From an uncultured Alphaproteobacteria bacterium (lineage in GTDB: Bacteria > Pseudomonadota > Alphaproteobacteria > RF32 > CAG-239): 64,000 nt of DNA. This document shows, piece after piece, positions 58,120 to 64,000 of this stretch. The notes under the pieces were generated by a model. It did not search any database. It had not been told where the DNA came from and saw only the letters and a list, made by a program, of their open reading frames with translations. How positions within the stretch are numbered: the first letter of the stretch is position 1; each line of letters begins with the position of its first letter. The DNA lies in NCBI GenBank assembly GCA_944390895.1, contig CALXRQ010000004.1, positions 8,069 to 72,068 of the forward strand, read 5' to 3'. A program made the translations under genes and the position numbers.

Positions 58120-59052
58120 ATGAAAAAGCGGCTGCTGGGACTAATTTTACCTTTATTGCTCTTGCTCGGCGGATGTTCGTCCAATTCGGGCATTCCGCTG
58201 CTGGGCTACAACTGGTGGGGCGGCACGCCGGAAACGGTAACCGTCCGGCGGGGAGACACGCTTTACAGCATATCCCGTCGCTATAACGTGCCGTTGCGCG
58301 AAATCATCGAAGCCAACAAAATGATTCCGCCCTACCGCGTCTACGTCGGACAGGTTCTCAGAATGCCCAGCGCCCGTTATCACGTGGTGGCCAAGGGCGA
58401 CACACTATACAACATATCCAAACGCTACAATGTGGACATGAGTTCTCTCAGCCGGGTCAATGATCTTGAAGAACCTTATGCCCTGAGTATCGGGCAAAGA
58501 CTGCTGCTGCCGGGCAGCGTGGTCGACAGCTCCGCGGCGGCCGCTTCCGCGCCAAAAGCAACCGCGGTCAGCAAACCCGCAGCCAAAAAAACTTCAACAT
58601 CAAGCTGGTGGGGCAGCCGCAAGAAAGAAACCGTCAAAAAGGCCAGCTATACGCCCCCGACGCCGGTAAAAAAGCGCAAAACCAAATTCATGTGGCCGGT
58701 CAAAGGCACGGTCATCTCCAACTTCGGCTCCATCGGCAAAGGCCGCAACAATGACGGCATCAATATCAAAGCGCCGCTCGGCACGGCGGTCAAATGTGCC
58801 GACGCAGGCACCGTGGCTTATGCCGGCAACGAACTTAAAGGTTTCGGCAACCTGATTTTGGTCAAACATAACGACGGCTGGATTACGGCCTATGCCCACA
58901 ACGACAAAATTCTGGTCAAAAAGGGGCAGAAAGTGCGCCGCGGAGAAAAAATCGCCACAGTCGGCAGCACCGGCGGCGTCAACTCCCCGCAGCTGCATTT
59001 TGAAATCAGGGCCGGCAAAAAAGCCGTCAACCCGCGCTCATATCTGCAATAG
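58120..59052 (+). CDS. LysM-domain M23 peptidase lipoprotein (NlpD-like)
   Basis: Lipobox LLLGGC; two LysM repeats (GDTLYSISRRYNV, GDTLYNISKRYNV); M23 motifs including PQLHFEIR. Confidence 0.85.
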   Translation: MKKRLLGLILPLLLLLGGCSSNSGIPLLGYNWWGGTPETVTVRRGDTLYSISRRYNVPLREIIEANKMIPPYRVYVGQVLRMPSARYHVVAKGDTLYNISKRYNVDMSSLSRVNDLEEPYALSIGQRLLLPGSVVDSSAAAASAPKATAVSKPAAKKTSTSSWWGSRKKETVKKASYTPPTPVKKRKTKFMWPVKGTVISNFGSIGKGRNNDGINIKAPLGTAVKCADAGTVAYAGNELKGFGNLILVKHNDGWITAYAHNDKILVKKGQKVRRGEKIATVGSTGGVNSPQLHFEIRAGKKAVNPRSYLQ

Positions 59053-59138
59053 CCGCGCCCAAAACATCAAGCGGAAAATCAGCCGGCGGCGCCAAAGATA
59101 CCTTTTGCAACAAAATACTTGTGAAATATTTGATTTTC

Positions 59139-59152
59139 TCCTATATATAGGA
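59139..59152. promoter_or_regulatory. perfect 14-bp palindrome upstream of yajC (possible operator)
   Basis: TCCTATATATAGGA, 48 nt upstream of the yajC ATG. Confidence 0.25.
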
Positions 59153-59199
59153 AAAATTTTGTTTTATACTCGCATGAGTTAATTTATTAGGAGAAAGAA

Positions 59200-59571
59200 A
59201 TGTTTATCAGTGAAGCTTTTGCTCAAAGCGCCGGCGCCGTGCCTGCCCAGGGTTCCATGACCGGGACTTTGATTCAGTTGGGCTTGATTTTCGTAATTTT
59301 CTACGTTCTGCTGATCCGTCCGCAGCAAAAGAAAATCAAACAGCACGAAGCGATGCTCAATTCCATTAAAAAAGGCGACGAAGTTATTACCGGCGGCGGC
59401 GTTTATGCCAAGGTCGTCGACGACAGCGACGCTTACGATCTGGTCGTCGAGATTGCCGAAGGCGTAAAAGTCAAAGTCAACCGCGCCACTATCAGAGAGC
59501 TTCTGACCGAGGAAGTCAAACTTCCCAAGGCTGATAACAAAAACAAGAAAAACACAAAAAAAACAAAATAA
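59200..59571 (+). CDS. yajC: preprotein translocase subunit YajC
   Basis: Single TM helix followed by RPQQKKIKQHEAMLNSIKKGDEVITGGG, matching the YajC core. Confidence 0.85.
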   Translation: MFISEAFAQSAGAVPAQGSMTGTLIQLGLIFVIFYVLLIRPQQKKIKQHEAMLNSIKKGDEVITGGGVYAKVVDDSDAYDLVVEIAEGVKVKVNRATIRELLTEEVKLPKADNKNKKNTKKTK

Positions 59572-59583
59572 GGGCTTGAGAAT

Positions 59584-61128
59584 ATGTATAAACTGTCAAA
59601 ATCCAGAATTCTCATCATTATCGCCATCTGTCTGCTCGGCGTCTTTTTTTCCATTCCGAATCTGATTCCGAACAAAGACGCCCTGCCGAAATGGTGGCAG
59701 CCGGTCAACCTCGGACTTGATCTGCAAGGCGGCTCCAACCTGCTGCTGGAAGTGAAAGTAGATGATGTGATCAAAGAAAGAATGGGATCGGTTGAAGATT
59801 CCGTCCGTCAGGCGCTGCGCGAAAACAAAATTCGCTATCAGAACCTGCGCGCCGGCGAAAAAGAGGTCTCGGTCAAAATCGAAAACCTCAACCAGCGCAG
59901 CAAAGCTGTCAGCGCCTTTCGCAAAATAGACAGCGATCTGTCGGTTGAAGAAGGCGACGACGGCGTCATCAAAATCACCTATACCGACGTTGCGCTGAAT
60001 CAGCTCAAGATCAAAATCGTCGAACAGTCGATTGAAATCGTCAGACGCCGCATTGACGAACTGGGGACCAAAGAACCGGTTATCCAGCGTCAGGGCAACG
60101 ACCGCATCGTCGTACAGTTGCCGGGTCTGCAAAATCCGGAATATGTCAAGACCCTGCTCGGCAAAACGGCAAAAATGTCTTTTCACTTGGTTGATTCTTC
60201 AACTTCGGCCATGGATGCGCGCCGCGGAAAGCTGTCTTCAGCCTCGCGCGTTGTTCCCGGCAGCGACGGCGGTTCTTATGTCATTAACCGCAAACCGGTT
60301 GTCGGCGGCGAAAATCTGATTGACGCCCAGCCGCAGTTTCAGGAAGGCGAACCGGTCGTCAGCTTCAAGTTCAACTCCATCGGCGGCAAAAAATTCGGCG
60401 AAGCAACCAAAAACAACGTCGGCGAGAGACTGGCCATTGTTTTGGATAACGAAGTCATTTCCGCTCCGACGATTCAGGGCGCCATTCTCGGCGGCAGCGG
60501 TGTCATTACCGGCAGCTTTACGGTAAAATCGGCCAATGATCTGGCTTTGCTGCTGCGTTCCGGCGCCTTGCCCGCTCCGCTGGAGGTTTTGGAAGAAAGA
60601 ACGGTCGGCGCGGGACTGGGAACAGACTCGATTAAGGCCGGCGCCATTGCCTGCGTCATCGGTCTGGCCGCCGTAATTATCTTTATGATTGCGGCCTATG
60701 GTTTGTTCGGCATCTTCACGACGGTTGCCGTCTTTATGAACCTGTTTCTGCTGCTCGGCATTTTGAGCCTGATGGGCGCAACCCTCACCCTGCCCGGTAT
60801 TGCCGGTGTTATTCTGACGGTCGGCATGGCAGTTGACGCCAACGTGCTGATTTTTGAACGTATGCGTGAAGAAGTCAAAGCCGGACGTTCTACCAAAGAC
60901 GCGGCCGAAGCCGGCTTCCGCGAAGCCTGGGCGACGATTTTGGACTCCAACCTCACGACGCTGGTTGCCGCATTTGTGCTGTTTTATTTCGGCACCGGCC
61001 CGGTAAGAGGATTTGCCGTAACCCTGACCATCGGTATCCTGACCTCAATGTTCACTTCGGTTACGGTTACGAGAGTTATTATCGCGACTTGGATTGCGCG
61101 TTACAAACCGACCAAACTGCCAATCTAA
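59584..61128 (+). CDS. secD: protein translocase subunit SecD
   Basis: 514 aa; LGLDLQGG motif, periplasmic domain and a 6-TM C-terminus. Confidence 0.9.
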   Translation: MYKLSKSRILIIIAICLLGVFFSIPNLIPNKDALPKWWQPVNLGLDLQGGSNLLLEVKVDDVIKERMGSVEDSVRQALRENKIRYQNLRAGEKEVSVKIENLNQRSKAVSAFRKIDSDLSVEEGDDGVIKITYTDVALNQLKIKIVEQSIEIVRRRIDELGTKEPVIQRQGNDRIVVQLPGLQNPEYVKTLLGKTAKMSFHLVDSSTSAMDARRGKLSSASRVVPGSDGGSYVINRKPVVGGENLIDAQPQFQEGEPVVSFKFNSIGGKKFGEATKNNVGERLAIVLDNEVISAPTIQGAILGGSGVITGSFTVKSANDLALLLRSGALPAPLEVLEERTVGAGLGTDSIKAGAIACVIGLAAVIIFMIAAYGLFGIFTTVAVFMNLFLLLGILSLMGATLTLPGIAGVILTVGMAVDANVLIFERMREEVKAGRSTKDAAEAGFREAWATILDSNLTTLVAAFVLFYFGTGPVRGFAVTLTIGILTSMFTSVTVTRVIIATWIARYKPTKLPI

Positions 61129-61146
61129 AATTAAGGAATAAAAACT

Positions 61147-62088
61147 ATGAAACTTTTTAGTTGGATTACAAAAGATACGAACATTAACTTTATGGGCGCC
61201 CGCAAATTTACGTATTTGATTTCCGGACTGAGCATTGTGCTGGCCATTGTCTGCATTGCCGTAAAGAGCTTTAACTACGGCATTGACTTTTCCGGCGGTA
61301 TTTTGATGGAAATCAAAGACGAGCAGGTAATTGATCTGGATAAGCTGAGATCGGAACTGGCTCATCTGGACATCGGCGAGATCAATATCCAGACCATCGG
61401 CGAAACCGGGCAAGAAGTCATGATCCGCGCACAGGCGCAGATGCTTGATGAAAAAGAGCAGATGAAGGCCGTAAACGAAATTAAGAAAATCTTGGGAAAC
61501 GACGTCGAAATCCGCAAAGTTGAGCTGGTCGGTCCTCAAGTCGGCGACGAGTTGAAAAGAGACGGCGTGCTGGCTTCGCTCATTGCGATTGTGGGCATTT
61601 CCCTTTATATCTGGTTCCGTTTTGAATGGCAGTTTGCAATCGGCGCCATGATCGGCCTGGTTCACGACATTCTGGTAACCGTCGGATTGCTGTCCCTGTT
61701 TCAGATCGACTTCAGCCTGACAACGGTTGCCGCCATTCTGACACTGGCCGGTTACTCGGTTAACGACACGGTGGTCACCTATGACCGTATTCGCGAGAAT
61801 TTGAGAAAATACAAAACGATGTCGCAGGTTGATTTGCTGAACAAAAGCATCAACGACATTTTCTCAAGAACATTGCTCACCGGTCTGACAACGCTTCTGG
61901 CTTCCATCGCTCTGCTGATATGGGGCGGCGACGCTTTGCGCAGTTTTTCGTTCACGCTGGTTTGGGGCATACTGATCGGAACATACTCTTCCATTTACGT
62001 TTCCACGGTTATCCTTGACTGGTTTGACCTGAGAAAAACGCAGGAAGAGAAAGAAAAAGACATCAACCCGTTCGGAAACGTCGGATAA
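61147..62088 (+). CDS. secF: protein translocase subunit SecF
   Basis: 313 aa; GIDFSGG motif and a conserved TM bundle; follows secD. Confidence 0.9.
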   Translation: MKLFSWITKDTNINFMGARKFTYLISGLSIVLAIVCIAVKSFNYGIDFSGGILMEIKDEQVIDLDKLRSELAHLDIGEINIQTIGETGQEVMIRAQAQMLDEKEQMKAVNEIKKILGNDVEIRKVELVGPQVGDELKRDGVLASLIAIVGISLYIWFRFEWQFAIGAMIGLVHDILVTVGLLSLFQIDFSLTTVAAILTLAGYSVNDTVVTYDRIRENLRKYKTMSQVDLLNKSINDIFSRTLLTGLTTLLASIALLIWGGDALRSFSFTLVWGILIGTYSSIYVSTVILDWFDLRKTQEEKEKDINPFGNVG

Positions 62089-62116
62089 AAAAAGAGCCGC
62101 AAGGCTCTTTTTTTTA
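62087..62116 (+). terminator. intrinsic terminator after secF
   Basis: AGAGCC/GGCTCT stem plus T8. Confidence 0.7.
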
Positions 62117-62259
62117 TGCCCGGCGTCAATATGCGCATTAACTCTCTCTTAATCCTTTTCTGCTAAGATTAACGACAGTTAAAAATTGCGTATTTGATAT
62201 TGCAAATTCCGAAATTGTATGTTACATAATTGTTACGGAATAAATATTGGGTTATATCG

Positions 62260-62619
62260 ATGATAATTGATAGTAACAATAAAAAGCAAAAAAGCATTTT
62301 GACCAATAAGTGCTTTTATCAAACTACAGCTCAAATAATGCGTGACTTTGAGGAAAAAGGTTATGCAAATTCCGCTGATGAGACAGCCAAGGTTATTTCG
62401 GCCTATCATCAGATTGTCAAAAAGAAAGTCAAAAACAATTTCAATTCCGACTATAACGCCGCATTTCGCCGCATTGACAGCGCGATTGACAATCTGGCGA
62501 ACAAAGTCTTTTATGACTGTGACAAAAAGAGTCATGATTACGCTTATCATTCTTTTGAAGAATTTGATCACATCAATGCCATTGTTACCCGTCAGCGCGT
62601 GAAGAAAGACGCATTGTAG
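62260..62619 (+). CDS. hypothetical protein
   Basis: 119 aa from ATG 62260; AT-rich with a weak RBS. No family recognised. Confidence 0.35.
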   Translation: MIIDSNNKKQKSILTNKCFYQTTAQIMRDFEEKGYANSADETAKVISAYHQIVKKKVKNNFNSDYNAAFRRIDSAIDNLANKVFYDCDKKSHDYAYHSFEEFDHINAIVTRQRVKKDAL

Positions 62620-62759
62620 ATTTTGTTTTTGCCGCTGCCGTTCCGGCGGTATTTTTTTATCCGTCCTAAACTGTTAAATCTTTATAAAACGAGATTGCAC
62701 TTCCGATACTTTTGAGATATTGCTAGATTATTACTGATAACTATACAAGGAAAACGTTG

Positions 62760-63743
62760 ATGAAGAGAATTTCATTAATCGGCTGCGGCCGCTGGGGAAC
62801 TTTTTTGGGCTGGTATGCCGCCAACTACTGCAAAGAAAATATCAGCGGCACTGATATGTATGACATTCCGACATCGCCGAACTTTATTGAACTCCGCGAT
62901 ACGCGCAAAAACCAGTATCTGTCCCTGAGCGACAATATGGTTTTGTTTGACAATATTGAAGAAGTTTTAAAAAACGATACCATAATCGTTTCCATCGGCT
63001 GTCAATATTTTCGCGGCTTGTGCCGGCAGCTTAACGGCTATGACCTCAAAGGCAAAACCTTTCTGCTGGCAATGAAAGGGTTGGAAGAACCCGGCGCGGC
63101 AATCATGCACGACATTATGAAAGAAGAAATCAAACAAGACATTCATATCGCGGTTCTGGCCGGCCCGGGTCATGTTCAGGACTATATGAAAGGCGTACCG
63201 TCCTGCGCCGTTGTCGACAGTTATGACGAGCAAACCAAAGATTATCTGATCAGGCTTTTGCAAAGCGACCTTATTCGTTTTTATTACGGTTCAGACTTGA
63301 TCGGCAACCAAATCGGCGCAGCGCTCAAAAACGTTATCGGACTGGCGGCCGGAATTTTGGACGGTTTGGAATGGTACGGCCTGAAAGGTGCTTTAATGGC
63401 TCGCGCACCGATTGAAGTCGGACGTTTTATCGCTCATTTTCACGGGAATCCGCATACGGCATATGGTTTGGCGCATCTCGGCGATTATGAGGCAACGTTG
63501 TTCTCCAAGCACAGCCATAACCGCACTTACGGCGAAATGTTTGCCCGCGGCGAAGCTTTCGGCAAACTGGCCGAGGGCGTTCCGACACTGAAAGCAGTCA
63601 AGCTTATTGCAGACAAGGAAGGAATTGATATGCCGATTTGCCAAGCATTATATAAGGTTATTTATGAGAAGGCGGACATCAAATCGACAATCAAGGCAAT
63701 GTTCAACCGCGATCTTAAACAAGAATTTGAGCATATCTGCTAA
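62760..63743 (+). CDS. NAD(P)H-dependent glycerol-3-phosphate dehydrogenase-like protein (divergent)
   Basis: Rossmann motif LIGCGRWGTFLG, AGPGHVQD and ALKNVIGLAAG blocks parallel GpsA. Confidence 0.65.
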   Translation: MKRISLIGCGRWGTFLGWYAANYCKENISGTDMYDIPTSPNFIELRDTRKNQYLSLSDNMVLFDNIEEVLKNDTIIVSIGCQYFRGLCRQLNGYDLKGKTFLLAMKGLEEPGAAIMHDIMKEEIKQDIHIAVLAGPGHVQDYMKGVPSCAVVDSYDEQTKDYLIRLLQSDLIRFYYGSDLIGNQIGAALKNVIGLAAGILDGLEWYGLKGALMARAPIEVGRFIAHFHGNPHTAYGLAHLGDYEATLFSKHSHNRTYGEMFARGEAFGKLAEGVPTLKAVKLIADKEGIDMPICQALYKVIYEKADIKSTIKAMFNRDLKQEFEHIC

Positions 63744-63811
63744 AATTATCCAAGAGCCGATTATTCTTAAATCGGCTCTTTTTATAATAACATTCAAAGG
63801 AGGAAACAGCA

Positions 63812-64000
63812 ATGTCCATTGATGCCGTTCGCGCCTATTTTCGGTCGTTGGGACTTGCGGACAAGATTATGGAGTTTCCGGTATCTTCGGCTACGGTTGA
63901 ACTGGCGGCACAGGCGCTTGGCTGCGCTCCGGCCAGAATTGCCAAAACACTGTCTTTCCGAACTGAAAACGACGTTGTTCTGATTGTCTGCGCCGGAGAC
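63812..64000 (+). CDS. YbaK/EbsC-like aminoacyl-tRNA deacylase domain protein (3' truncated by the window)
   Basis: AAGGAGGA RBS. My translation: MSIDAVRAYFRSLGLADKIMEFPVSSATVELAAQALGCAPARIAKTLSF... Confidence 0.55.
   Translation, partial: MSIDAVRAYFRSLGLADKIMEFPVSSATVELAAQALGCAPARIAKTLSFRTENDVVLIVCAGD

Overview
Dense chromosomal window from a Gram-negative bacterium. Gene content and order look proteobacterial, possibly alpha-like, but that is a guess from synteny only. Most of it is housekeeping, largely on the minus strand: a class III ribonucleotide reductase operon (nrdD, glycyl-radical ORF, nrdG), pepF, dnaE, prfA-hisS-ispG-rodZ, ptsP, sdaA, serS/trpS, murA, sucCD, a suf Fe-S cluster operon (sufB-mazG-like-sufC-sufD-hydrolase-sufS-DUF59, with sufE nearby), an NlpD-like peptidase, yajC-secD-secF and a gpsA-like gene. 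There is one tRNA, tRNA-Thr(GGU) at 38348-38422. I found no rRNA, CRISPR array, transposase or integrase. The clearest accessory region is a visibly AT-rich ~3.3 kb stretch directly 3' of the tRNA (38.4-41.75 kb). It is cut into three short gene cassettes by four copies of a tRNA-3'-end-like segment (AGTCCGAT...GCACCA), each followed by an intrinsic terminator. A 12-mer, AGTCCGATAAYT, recurs there, and a 52-bp inverted-repeat element is present twice. The cassettes encode only small secreted or membrane proteins of unknown function. I read this as an integrase-less, att-bounded accretion array at a tRNA gene, and it is my best candidate for something undescribed. Other points worth a second look: the NrdD glycyl-radical domain sits on a separate ORF behind an in-frame TAA; three NrdR-like boxes are phased at 31 bp; a SufD carries a Cys/His-rich insertion; MazG-like and alpha/beta-hydrolase genes are translationally coupled inside the suf operon; there is a Memo-AMMECR1 fusion, an orphan VirB8-like gene, a TolC-like lipoprotein with an Ig-like tail and a half-size degenerate DEAD-box protein. 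All family calls come from motifs read by eye in the translations. No HMM or BLAST search could be run.
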